64,000 bases of DNA, taken from NCBI GenBank assembly GCA_041752695.1, contig JBGSVZ010000031.1:125229-189228 (forward strand). Direction: 5' to 3'. Shown here in pieces: positions 18,973-27,287 of this stretch; the first letter of the stretch is position 1, and the number at the start of each line of letters is the position of its first letter. Source of the DNA: Terrimicrobiaceae bacterium (GTDB lineage Bacteria; Verrucomicrobiota; Verrucomicrobiia; Chthoniobacterales; Terrimicrobiaceae). The notes beneath the pieces are model-generated. The model was not told the DNA's origin and ran no database searches. It saw only the letters and a list, made by a program, of their open reading frames with translations. The position numbers and the translations under genes were made by a program.

Positions 18973-19871
18973 TGAACTATGGTCAAGGAATGGGGAGGGT
19001 TCGAGACGTTGAGTGTGCCGGTAGGGGAATGGCCTGATTTGAGGGCACAGCGAACTGCGTCTCCGATGAATTTCTGAACCGTTTCTTTCATAGGTCGTGC
19101 TCCGAGCGTCTTGTGGATGCCACGGCGGACGAGAAATTCAAAGGCATGCTCCGATACGGACAGATCGAATTCGTGTTTCCGTAAGCGGGCGACCTCAACG
19201 GAAATGGCGTGACTGCCGATTTCGCGTTGAACTTCAGGGGAAAGCGGTTTGAAAACTATTTTTTCGTCAAAACGGCCGATGAGTTCCGGTCGAAAGGTTC
19301 GATGGACTTCTGCATAAACTGCCCTTTCCAAAGTGGCAAACGGTAGCCGGGTAGGGCGGAGGAGTTGCTGCGAGCCGATGTTGCTCGTGCAGATGATATA
19401 GAAATTCGAGAGATCGTAGGTCTGGTGGTCGTTCAGTGTGATTCTGGCGGCATCGAGAATTTGAAGAAATAGATCCCAGATCAGGCGATGTGCCTTTTCA
19501 ATTTCATCAAACAGCAGAATCCCGCCGGTGCCACAGGTGAGAACTTTTCCCAAACGGCCGGGAAGTCCCGATTCGTCTCCGAGGAAAAGTTTTACGCTGT
19601 CAAGGTGCTGAAACTCCGACATGTCGAAACGAAAGACAGAGTCCGGGCCGAAAAGGTAGCGGGAAGCCTCCAGCGTCAACTCGGTTTTGCCGACTCCCGT
19701 GGGGCCGAGAAATAGGAACGATCCGAGAGGTTTGTCCGTGGGCTGCAAACCCAACTGGCCACGCTCCAGAACAGAACAGATTCGGCCGATAGCGTGATCT
19801 TGGCCTTTGATTTTTCTGCGTAGATGCGGTTCGAGGCCGTTGAGGTTTTCGATGTCTGTCTTGGATTTCAT
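18960..19871 (-). CDS. Stand-alone ClpA/ClpB second-domain (D2) AAA+ ATPase, 303 aa
   Basis: KGQDHAI, PLGSFLFLGPTGVGKTEL, RFDMSEF, LLFDEIEKAH, TSNIG, FRPELIGRFD and GARP. ATG 19871 overlaps the T4CP stop (ATGA). Confidence 0.88.
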   Translation of the reverse strand: MKSKTDIENLNGLEPHLRRKIKGQDHAIGRICSVLERGQLGLQPTDKPLGSFLFLGPTGVGKTELTLEASRYLFGPDSVFRFDMSEFQHLDSVKLFLGDESGLPGRLGKVLTCGTGGILLFDEIEKAHRLIWDLFLQILDAARITLNDHQTYDLSNFYIICTSNIGSQQLLRPTRLPFATLERAVYAEVHRTFRPELIGRFDEKIVFKPLSPEVQREIGSHAISVEVARLRKHEFDLSVSEHAFEFLVRRGIHKTLGARPMKETVQKFIGDAVRCALKSGHSPTGTLNVSNPPHSLTIVHQSL

Positions 19872-21391
19872 GGTTTTGCTGTGGGTTGTCTGCGGAGCCA
19901 TTGGAGTACGGCGAAATCGGGTCGAATGGCAGTGAACCAAGACGGGTAGGCTCCGTCCGGGGTGATTGGCGCGATCAGGCGTCTGCGGAACGGCTTTTCG
20001 CAATGGCGGATGATCGCGGTAAATTTTGGCAGCTTCCGCAGTTGGAACGGCTCGAAGAACGGTTTGATCTTTCGTTGATAATTGTACGACTGCTTTCCCC
20101 CCGAGTGCCCCCAGGATTTTTCGACTACTTCCCGTTCGCCGATGTTTTTTGAAGCGATGTTTGCGGAATCGTGGTTCGCGACGGTGAAAATCAATTCGTT
20201 GCTCAGATTGAGCATTAGGACATCGGCGTAGCGCTTTTCGAGCGCGCCGAGCAGGGAGGTGTAGGCCTGGGTGGCGAGGACAATGGTCGCGCGGGCCTCG
20301 CGGATGACGCCAGCGGCGCGGTGGTCGGCGAAGGCGGATTCGGCGCCGGTGATGATTTCCTGCCCTTCATCCGCGAAAAGGACGATGAGATTGTCGCGCT
20401 GGCGCTCTTCCGCCGATTTGTCGAATCGACTCAAGGCGTGGAAATAGTATGACAATTTCAGGATCGTATTGATGTAGAGGCGTTCGCTTTGAAATTTCTG
20501 CGGCATGGCGAGGCAGACGATTTTTCCCCGGTCGATGGCCGCAATGGAAAATGTGGGTTCGTTGGCGCAGAAAACTTCCGAAATTTCCGGGTTGAGGAAA
20601 AAGTCGAGATAGGTGGTCAGGGTGCCCTGGACCCCGCCGAGTTGCTCCGGCGGCTGGTCGAGGTAACTGCGAAAAGCGCCTGCGAGTTCGTGCGAACGCT
20701 GATCGCCTTGATTCATCAGGGCTTGGAGTGTCGCGGTTGAGTCTTCAGGGTTGAGAAGCAGGCGGTGGACATTCGGAATTGTCACGTAGGCTTCCAGGTG
20801 CCGGAGGATCTCGAAGGCGGTTTGGATGGCGAGCTGGGCCTTGGTGGGAAAGAACGGATTGTTGCCGCGTCCGCCCGTCAACGAAATGGCAGTGTCCACG
20901 ATGACCTTTGCATAGGTGGAGGCAGGAACGCCGGGATTGCCTGTGATATTGATCGTGTGCGGCGGCCGCCAGAGCATGTTTTTTCCTGGAGGCCGGGTTT
21001 GGAGGAGAACGAGGTCGGACTGGCGGTCGAAATGGGCCGCCATTTGGGTGAGAATTTCCCAATAGAGGCCCTTCTGGTCGAGGCAGATGCCGCCCCAGTT
21101 TTTCACATTTTGGAAAATCTGGAACGTGATTGCGTTGATGGCGGATTGGGTTTTTCCCGAGCCAGTGCGCCCTGTGATGAGCCAGCCGCGAACAAAATCC
21201 TCCATGGTCCAGGAAACACCTCCAAGTCGAAGGACAATTTTTCCCGAGTTGTCCGAGGATACCATTGCCCACGCTGCGAAGCAGAGGCACAGACCGATGA
21301 CGGTATAAGAAAGCGGCGGACCAAGCAGGAGATACCCTACGAATGATCCGAGGATGCAGAAAAAATAGAGAAGCAAATCAGCAATTTTCAT
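19868..21391 (-). CDS. Type IV coupling protein (VirD4/TraD/TraG-like)
   Basis: Two N-terminal TM helices, Walker A GRTGSGKT, Walker B VLFADE and ATQ motif. Start re-assigned to ATG 21391 (MKIADLL). Confidence 0.85.
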   Translation of the reverse strand: MKIADLLLYFFCILGSFVGYLLLGPPLSYTVIGLCLCFAAWAMVSSDNSGKIVLRLGGVSWTMEDFVRGWLITGRTGSGKTQSAINAITFQIFQNVKNWGGICLDQKGLYWEILTQMAAHFDRQSDLVLLQTRPPGKNMLWRPPHTINITGNPGVPASTYAKVIVDTAISLTGGRGNNPFFPTKAQLAIQTAFEILRHLEAYVTIPNVHRLLLNPEDSTATLQALMNQGDQRSHELAGAFRSYLDQPPEQLGGVQGTLTTYLDFFLNPEISEVFCANEPTFSIAAIDRGKIVCLAMPQKFQSERLYINTILKLSYYFHALSRFDKSAEERQRDNLIVLFADEGQEIITGAESAFADHRAAGVIREARATIVLATQAYTSLLGALEKRYADVLMLNLSNELIFTVANHDSANIASKNIGEREVVEKSWGHSGGKQSYNYQRKIKPFFEPFQLRKLPKFTAIIRHCEKPFRRRLIAPITPDGAYPSWFTAIRPDFAVLQWLRRQPTAKP

Positions 21392-21629
21392 CGACGGGTT
21401 TCGGATTGAGTTTCGAGAGGAGGAAGTCGAACAGGCGACGGTCCGGGTCGGGAATACTCTGCGTGTAGGACTTGAAGTTGACCGTTGTGATGGCGGATCC
21501 ATCCGCGAAGGCTTCGTGGGAACAGCCGTCCACGTTTGCCGGCCGGAAGACAAAATTCTGGCAGACGGCGAACTCAGAGTTGCTGGCCCGAGTGGTGTTG
21601 GGTGTACGCGTGGGCGTTTCGATTGGCAT
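21378..21629 (-). CDS. Small hypothetical protein (83 aa) between relaxase and T4CP
   Basis: ATG-started ORF filling the gap and overlapping both neighbours; no recognisable motif. Confidence 0.35.
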   Translation of the reverse strand: MPIETPTRTPNTTRASNSEFAVCQNFVFRPANVDGCSHEAFADGSAITTVNFKSYTQSIPDPDRRLFDFLLSKLNPKPVDENC

Positions 21630-22704
21630 AGGAAGTAAATCCGTGGGTTTTGGAGTAGCGGGTGTGAGCGGAGCGGTACTCGCGCTTGATCTTGAAAAGG
21701 AGATTTTGCATTTCGCGGAGCGAGCGGCGGTCGATCGTCGCGCCGAGTTTTTCCGCCGTTCGGGTGAGCGGTGTTTTTTTTCGTCCGAGCAAACGCGTGA
21801 CAAAATTTGCGTTTCTCTGCGCTGCGAGAACTTGCCTCCGGCCCGCGATGGAAGTTTCGAGATTGCGAATGCTTTGGTACAAATGCTGCAGGCGGATGGC
21901 TTCGGCGGTCTGAGTATTCCGCAGGGCTTCCCTATGAGCGGCCGTGAGTCGGGGGGCGAACGTGATTTTTTCGGAATCGAGTCGCCGGGACATCAGTTCG
22001 TACAATTTCTCGGGGGAGTCGAGAATTTGGTCCCACCGCCTGTTCTCCTGCTCAAAACATTTCATCAAATACGCCATCTGGTTTTTGTTCCCGGAGGTTT
22101 CAGAGCGCGACATACTGCATCCCACATACGCGCCTTTCGCGGAGCGGGGACACAGCGCGACATGAACGTGGAGATTGTCGGTGTCGTGATGAATGCCGTA
22201 GGCGTAACCGACGGCGTCATCGGGATGAAAACGCTCGGCAAATTGGCGCATGATTTTTTTCATGGTCGTCTGCAAGACCCGGTCGGGATTGATGCCGGCG
22301 TTGACGAGCTTGTCGTGAAAAGGTTTCGACATGCTGAAAACAAGACGATGTTGAATGACTGGATTCTCGGACGACGTGGGAAACTTGTGAACGTGGTGGA
22401 ACCACGCCGCCGAAATTCGCCGTTTACGCTCCGAATTGCTCAGCTGGGATGGTGAGGAACGCGTCCCGTCCGGGTTGACGAGGATCAATTGATGGAAAAA
22501 TCCACCGGCGTGAACCTGCCCGAATGTTTCTTTCGAGGCGTAGTCCGCAAATTGTTTGAGTTTTTTGCCGATGCCGGAGGATTCTTGCTCCTCGCCGTAG
22601 TGGCGGCGGGCGGAATGTTTCCGGTCGGAATTCTCGTCGAGGTATTCAAGGTCGAGGCGCGAGCGCCACGTCTTCTTGAACGGAAAAATGATTCCGTTTG
22701 TCAC
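21574..22704 (-). CDS. HUH relaxase (MOBP/VirD2-like)
   Basis: N-terminal Tyr (DLEYL), motif II QHRLVFS, motif III YAYGIHHDTDNLHVHV; basic coiled C-terminus. Confidence 0.85.
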   Translation of the reverse strand: MTNGIIFPFKKTWRSRLDLEYLDENSDRKHSARRHYGEEQESSGIGKKLKQFADYASKETFGQVHAGGFFHQLILVNPDGTRSSPSQLSNSERKRRISAAWFHHVHKFPTSSENPVIQHRLVFSMSKPFHDKLVNAGINPDRVLQTTMKKIMRQFAERFHPDDAVGYAYGIHHDTDNLHVHVALCPRSAKGAYVGCSMSRSETSGNKNQMAYLMKCFEQENRRWDQILDSPEKLYELMSRRLDSEKITFAPRLTAAHREALRNTQTAEAIRLQHLYQSIRNLETSIAGRRQVLAAQRNANFVTRLLGRKKTPLTRTAEKLGATIDRRSLREMQNLLFKIKREYRSAHTRYSKTHGFTSYANRNAHAYTQHHSGQQL

Positions 22705-22931
22705 GCGAGGCCGTCCAAGGTTTCGGTGATATTGTCGAGTTTGCGCTCGATCCTCTCGATGGTGCGAGGGTGGACAATGTCCTTCGTGGTCGCGTTATAG
22801 ACAAGTGCTTCGAAGGTTTCGGTTTTTGTTTTGAAACCAAGAGCGTCGTGGATTGCGGCAAAGCGCAATTTCGCTTCGATGGCGATGTCCAAGTCAATTC
22901 GGGCCGATCCGGGTTTTGATTTGCGTGGCAT
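22701..22931 (-). CDS. Putative relaxosome accessory protein (MobC-like ribbon-helix-helix)
   Basis: 76 aa with an alternating beta-strand (RIDLDI), then helices and a coiled tail; 4-bp overlap with the relaxase; adjacent to the oriT candidate. Confidence 0.6.
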   Translation of the reverse strand: MPRKSKPGSARIDLDIAIEAKLRFAAIHDALGFKTKTETFEALVYNATTKDIVHPRTIERIERKLDNITETLDGLA

Positions 22932-23039
22932 ATTATTTAATGAGGTTAACTATTGTTGGTTTTGGTGAAAAATGGGGTGATTTCGGAGCGTGCCTGACAC
23001 GCGGAGAACGAAGATTTTTTGCGCGTCAAAAAAGCTGCG

Positions 23040-23072
23040 GTGATTTCCCCCGGGGAAATCACTTTCCTGCAT
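23040..23072 (+). other. Candidate oriT: perfect 11-bp inverted repeat followed by TTTCCTG^C
   Basis: GTGATTTCCCC-C-GGGGAAATCAC then TTTCCTGC; the layout mirrors the RP4 IR...TCAC-CTATCCTG^C nic site. Confidence 0.6.
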
Positions 23073-24049
23073 TACATCTGGAAGGGGAAATTTGCCGGTG
23101 GGGTGGATGCCAGGCAAAGTCCAGCGGTGGGTATAGCCAGCCTTTGGACCAGGTGTGAGCCCGCCGTTTCGTTCCGCCCGCAGCCGGGGCTTTGAGGAGA
23201 GCGAGGACGGAAGGAATGGGCGGGCAGATATGAGGAAGTCGAAACGGGTGTGCTGATTTGCGGGTTCTGCGAGGGCGGTTCGGGCGAGAGGTCGAAGCAC
23301 GAGCCAGACTTCGCGGACGCCGAAAATGAGCGGACATCCTGCCGGGATCGGCATCGGTAAGAGAGAAAGAGCCGGTCGTTCACAGTTGGAGGCGCCGAAT
23401 CGTTCCGTCCGCCGCCGGGTGTCGGGGCGGAAGGGCAAGGACGGATCGAATGGGCGCGCGCCGCCAAGCGCGTCGGAAAGGTGGCGCTGATGAGAAGCCC
23501 CGGTGAGGAAGGGCGGGGCAAGAGGTCGCAGCCCGTACCTCCCGGAACCGGGGAAACCCATGAGCGCGCTTCGTTCCGGGATCGGCAGAAGGAAAACAGC
23601 CGGTCGGCGAAAGATGCTGCCGCCGATTTGGCGGGAGGCGTATAGCGAAGCAGAAGCCTCCCGAAAATGGGCGGCGAGGGTGGTTGTCATCCCTGCAAGT
23701 GAGCCGATTTGCGCGCAGCGGCCGGGGTGGGCGGGGAACCCGCTGGCGCCGGCTGCGGAGTGACAAATGGGCGAAAGGATGGCGCAAATGCGGGGGCTCC
23801 AAATCCAAGAGCCTTCGCAATTTCTGCGAAAAGCTGGTCGAAGCCGGGTGCCGGCGCCGAGTTGAGAAGGCACGGAAGCGGAGCGGACGGCTCTCTTAAT
23901 TCGGAGGCGCAGGCGCGAGTGGCCGTGACGGATGAGCTGATTGTCCCCGCACGGCAGGCATCCGGGGCAAGCCTGCGCCGCCCCCGGTGCCGTCGCCGGA
24001 GGACGACAATGAGCGGCGGAAGGACGCGCATGCGTGACGGTCACGGATT

Positions 24050-25348
24050 TCACAACTTAAGGCCGGATTGTTTGAGCGGGCTCGCTTGAATCGGCACACT
24101 GCAAGTCCCGGTGAGTGGTCCCCGAGGGGTCTGGATACCCGTCACGATCTTGGGTGTTATGGGTGCGTTGGGCGTCTCCGACGGAGGTTTAACTTGCTCG
24201 GTTTCTTCCTCGGATTGCCTGGGCTGGGGCACGAGAAAGAAGCCCCGGGGTTGTTCTCCCACCACAAGGCCGGCCTGCCGCGCGGCCTCAACTTCGGCCC
24301 GATTCATGACCGCTTTGAGTTTGTGAAACGGAATCGTCCGGGTGAAATCTGCTCCGCCATTGCCCCAATTGTCCAATAAGGTCACGGAGACTTTGTTTAC
24401 CTTCTGAATGAGGGACCATCCTCCGCGTGGGGAAGCCCAGCACTGGCAGGCCCCACCAACTTCGGGGGTGGTTCTGGTGGCAACAATTCCTCCGTCCTGG
24501 GCAAGCATGGTGCGCTCGTAGGCCAGCCGGTTGGCAAAATGGGTCAGCCAACGGTCTGCCCACGCGACGGTTGCTTCATGGTTCTTGATCGCTCTGGCCG
24601 CAATGTCTTCCACGGACGGCCGCGGTTCGCAACTGCCCTGGGTCGCGTCCCAATACGACGCCGGCCAGGATTTTCCATCTTTCCGCTCACCCGTCGTGAT
24701 GAAATATCCATGGTCGTGACTGGCAATTCCCGCCGCCCGTTCCATGGTCAGCCGTTCACTGCTCCACGCCTTGAGGAATCGCTCTGATTCCGCCTTCGTG
24801 CGTTGTTTTTTTCGCTGCTCGGCTTCGAGCTTTTTGATGCGCCGGGCGCGGACATCCGGGCCTTCCTTATAGCGGGCGATCCGGATTGCTGCTTCCGCAC
24901 GACGCGTCCAATACTCCGACGTGTCCCACATTTTGATCGACTTGCGCATCCCGTCGTCGATGCGTTGAGCGTCCTTCCGGGCGTGGCGTTCGCTGTGATG
25001 TCCGACCAAGATGGGTTGTCCGAAGGGGATGTGCTCGACAATGGCATCCACTCGTTTGCGGGCGGCAGCGGCATCCGCAGCGCGGTGGTCGCGGTAGGTT
25101 TCGAAGCGGTCGGCCCGTTCTTCCGAACGCTGGACAAGGGATTTGTCCTCGTCGTCAATCCTTCCGCAAAGGCGGATCAGGAGATCCTCCCGCGAGGGCG
25201 TCCACATCGGCGCAACAAACAGGTCTTGTTTGGGAGCCCATTTGAAGCCTGCGGCTTTCAATTCGGAGTAGATTTCGGAATCGAGTCGAGTGACGGAATA
25301 GAGCCGGAGCTTGTTGTCTTCCGGGGAATAAGTGGCGGTCATGTCCAT
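24050..25348 (-). CDS. DUF3560 domain-containing protein (plasmid/ICE leading-region family)
   Basis: TATYSPEDNKLRLY, GFKWAPKQDLFVAPMWTPSRED and IPFGQPILVGHHSERHARKDA. Start 25348 or 25342. Confidence 0.88.
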   Translation of the reverse strand: MDMTATYSPEDNKLRLYSVTRLDSEIYSELKAAGFKWAPKQDLFVAPMWTPSREDLLIRLCGRIDDEDKSLVQRSEERADRFETYRDHRAADAAAARKRVDAIVEHIPFGQPILVGHHSERHARKDAQRIDDGMRKSIKMWDTSEYWTRRAEAAIRIARYKEGPDVRARRIKKLEAEQRKKQRTKAESERFLKAWSSERLTMERAAGIASHDHGYFITTGERKDGKSWPASYWDATQGSCEPRPSVEDIAARAIKNHEATVAWADRWLTHFANRLAYERTMLAQDGGIVATRTTPEVGGACQCWASPRGGWSLIQKVNKVSVTLLDNWGNGGADFTRTIPFHKLKAVMNRAEVEAARQAGLVVGEQPRGFFLVPQPRQSEEETEQVKPPSETPNAPITPKIVTGIQTPRGPLTGTCSVPIQASPLKQSGLKL

Positions 25349-25394
25349 AGGAAAAATCGGAAAAAAAGAATTTGAGGTGGGGGCTGGCGGAGAT

Positions 25395-26375
25395 TTACAC
25401 ACCCAGACTTTGGGTGGATGGCCTGTTCGTCAGGGAAGGGGAGGGCGTTCGTCTTTGCGCGAACGCTCGGAGATCATCATTCCAGTCCTTGCTTTGAGGA
25501 CATTCTGACCTGAGATCGAACCCGGTCCATTCGGTCGTCTCATCCCACGCGCGTTGCCACCCGCGCTCGCCGGCAGCGTCGTTGTCGAGCGCGACAACAA
25601 ATCGCTTCTTTCGCTCGTAGGCATCGAACATCAGGTCGTTTGAGACACTGGATCCGCTGCAGCTCACTACCGCTGTCGGATCGTTGCGGCTGAGAAAAAG
25701 CGAGTGGTAACTCAGGGCGTCGATGGGGGATTCGACCGCGACGATCGTTTCTGCGTTGGCCAAATCGCCGACGCAGAACCAGGCATTAAGTTTGTTTCCG
25801 AGAGTCGGGCGGAAGGATGAGTCGTGCCGGGTATCCCGCAAAGTAGCGCCCTCGACCTTCCCCTGAAGCGAGCGGTGCAGAAAGACGATGCCCGGATTGG
25901 GATAGTGGGTGTTGGCGTAGATCGCGCCTACCTCGTGCAAGTTATCCACCAGCGGGGCGTCGATTTTGCGGGTCTCGACGAGGTAGTCGCGGGCCGTGGG
26001 CCAGTTCATACTGCTTGGCACAGCATATTTTGCCGCCAGTTCCTCGAACGTGGCCCTTGGCGGTTCGCTTCGGGTGCGCCTTTCCGGAGGGAACTCCAGC
26101 CGCCCGACCAGTGGTCGAAAATCCTGGGCGAGAACAAGGCAAGTCGTCTGAAAATCGCCGCCACAGAGGTGCATTTGGAGGTCAATGGCCCCGGCTCCGC
26201 CGACCCCGACCTTGTTGTCGAACCACTTCTGCCCGGTGATGACAATATTGTGGCGGTCGGTCTTCGCTCGGAAACTGAGCCCCTCCCGCCGCAACTTGAA
26301 TCCATGCCAAGCCAGCAAATCCGCCAAGGAAATCCCGCGGACCTCGTCCACGACCCTCTGCAAAGGCACGTTCAT
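25395..26375 (-). CDS. DUF3991 + Toprim (primase-like) domain protein
   Basis: GGAGAIDL, YLVETRKI, VESPIDALS, ALDNDAAG and KDWNDDL; TAATG overlap with the upstream ORF fixes the start at 26375. Confidence 0.85.
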   Translation of the reverse strand: MNVPLQRVVDEVRGISLADLLAWHGFKLRREGLSFRAKTDRHNIVITGQKWFDNKVGVGGAGAIDLQMHLCGGDFQTTCLVLAQDFRPLVGRLEFPPERRTRSEPPRATFEELAAKYAVPSSMNWPTARDYLVETRKIDAPLVDNLHEVGAIYANTHYPNPGIVFLHRSLQGKVEGATLRDTRHDSSFRPTLGNKLNAWFCVGDLANAETIVAVESPIDALSYHSLFLSRNDPTAVVSCSGSSVSNDLMFDAYERKKRFVVALDNDAAGERGWQRAWDETTEWTGFDLRSECPQSKDWNDDLRAFAQRRTPSPSLTNRPSTQSLGV

Positions 26376-26689
26376 TACCAGCCGATGCTGTGGCAGAAGT
26401 CGGAGACCAGTTCGTCCACCACGGCTTGAGGCATTCCGACCTTCGCGCCGAGTTGCTCCAGCGTGGAGGAACCGAGCAAGTCGGCCCGCACGCAATACAG
26501 CACAACGGACGCCCGAAGGCCCTTTTGCTCGACGGTTTCTGCCTCGGCGACCCAGCCGAAAGTCCGGCTCAGGACTTCGCAGACGCGTTCGAGCTGGTCT
26601 TCGGGTGCGGGGAGGGGCTCGAGAAAGTCAACCGGATGGCGGCGGTCGGCGTGGCGGATATCGTTTTCGGGAACAGGGATTGTTTTCAT
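26375..26689 (-). CDS. Hypothetical protein with possible C-terminal HTH
   Basis: Translationally coupled to the Toprim gene; STLEQLGAKVGMPQAVVDELV looks like an HTH. Start 26689 or 26698. Confidence 0.6.
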   Translation of the reverse strand: MKTIPVPENDIRHADRRHPVDFLEPLPAPEDQLERVCEVLSRTFGWVAEAETVEQKGLRASVVLYCVRADLLGSSTLEQLGAKVGMPQAVVDELVSDFCHSIGW

Positions 26690-26777
26690 CCCCGCCACTC
26701 TGACAGCGAAAATCAGGCCCCCTGTTCCGGCTTGGGAACAGCTTTCAAAACATCAGCCGCAGTCCATTGGGAACCGA

Positions 26778-26993
26778 CTATCGGTGGAGTGCCGGTGGGC
26801 CGGGGTATCGCGAGCAACTCGGTTCCAATTCCTGAAACGCCAGGGTGATGTCGTTGGCGTGAGAGGAATGACGTTCCTTCTCTCGCACCGCTGTGGCCGT
26901 CCAGCCAATTTCCCCATCATGCATGGCCTCGGTCCAGCGAACCTCCCAGTCGGAGGCTTTGAGCTTTTCAACGATGGATTCCCAGTATTTCAC
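26778..26993 (-). CDS. Small hypothetical protein (71 aa)
   Basis: GTG start, protein-like composition, co-oriented with the element genes. Confidence 0.45.
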   Translation of the reverse strand: MKYWESIVEKLKASDWEVRWTEAMHDGEIGWTATAVREKERHSSHANDITLAFQELEPSCSRYPGPPALHR

Positions 26994-27091
26994 GACCGTC
27001 CCATTGATTGGAATTTCTTGGATTCCTGCAACTCTGAAGGAATGCAGGCTGCGCTGCCGGGAGGGATCAGTCTTGATTTTTCGATTTAACC

Positions 27092-27244
27092 GACACGCCT
27101 AAAATATATGGGTGTCAGTGGGTGTCTGGAAAATCAGCTTTTTCCATCATTTGCCATCACCAATGATTTTCAGCGAAAAACCCCGCAGAGCTTGTGTTTA
27201 TCATGGGTTTTGCCCTTCTCCGCCACTCGATAAGAGTGGCGGAG
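27092..27244 (+). other. Attachment-site remnant: arm-type repeats, tRNA-Ser-like 3' end (CCCTTCTCCGCCA) and hairpin
   Basis: TGGGTGTC twice (27109, 27119) with an inverted GACAC (27092); CCCTTCTCCGCCA at 27213-27225; perfect 11-bp stem CTCCGCCACTC/GAGTGGCGGAG at 27218-27244. Confidence 0.62.
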
Positions 27245-27287
27245 TCTACGGGGCGACACCCCGTATCTGCGCGTTTACCGCGAACAC

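Larger units (their letters stand above)
18960..27245 (-). mobile_element. Right-hand part of an integrative mobilisable element (T4CP, relaxase, RHH, oriT, DUF3560, Toprim, att remnant); left boundary not seen
   Basis: Co-oriented, overlapping mobilisation genes and a tRNA-3'-end-like att with arm-type repeats. No integrase or mating-pair genes in the window. Confidence 0.8.

Noticed and set aside
18960..19871. Housekeeping clpB or T6SS clpV
   Set aside because: Only one ATPase domain, no N-domain, and no T6SS genes nearby.
21472..22455. 327-aa + strand ORF
   Set aside because: Antisense to the relaxase; no motifs.
23487..23560. CTGATGAG followed by a GCCCCG/CGGGGC stem, suggesting a hammerhead ribozyme
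   Set aside because: The stem is not followed by the required GAAA, and stems I and III cannot be formed convincingly.
22950..24053. 367-aa minus-strand ORF across oriT and the structured region
   Set aside because: Pro/Arg/Ala/Ser-rich low-information translation expected from GC and strand skew; it overlaps the oriT candidate. Not fully excluded.
27150..27225. Complete tRNA
   Set aside because: Only the last 13 or so bases resemble a tRNA; no TTCGA T-loop or cloverleaf upstream.
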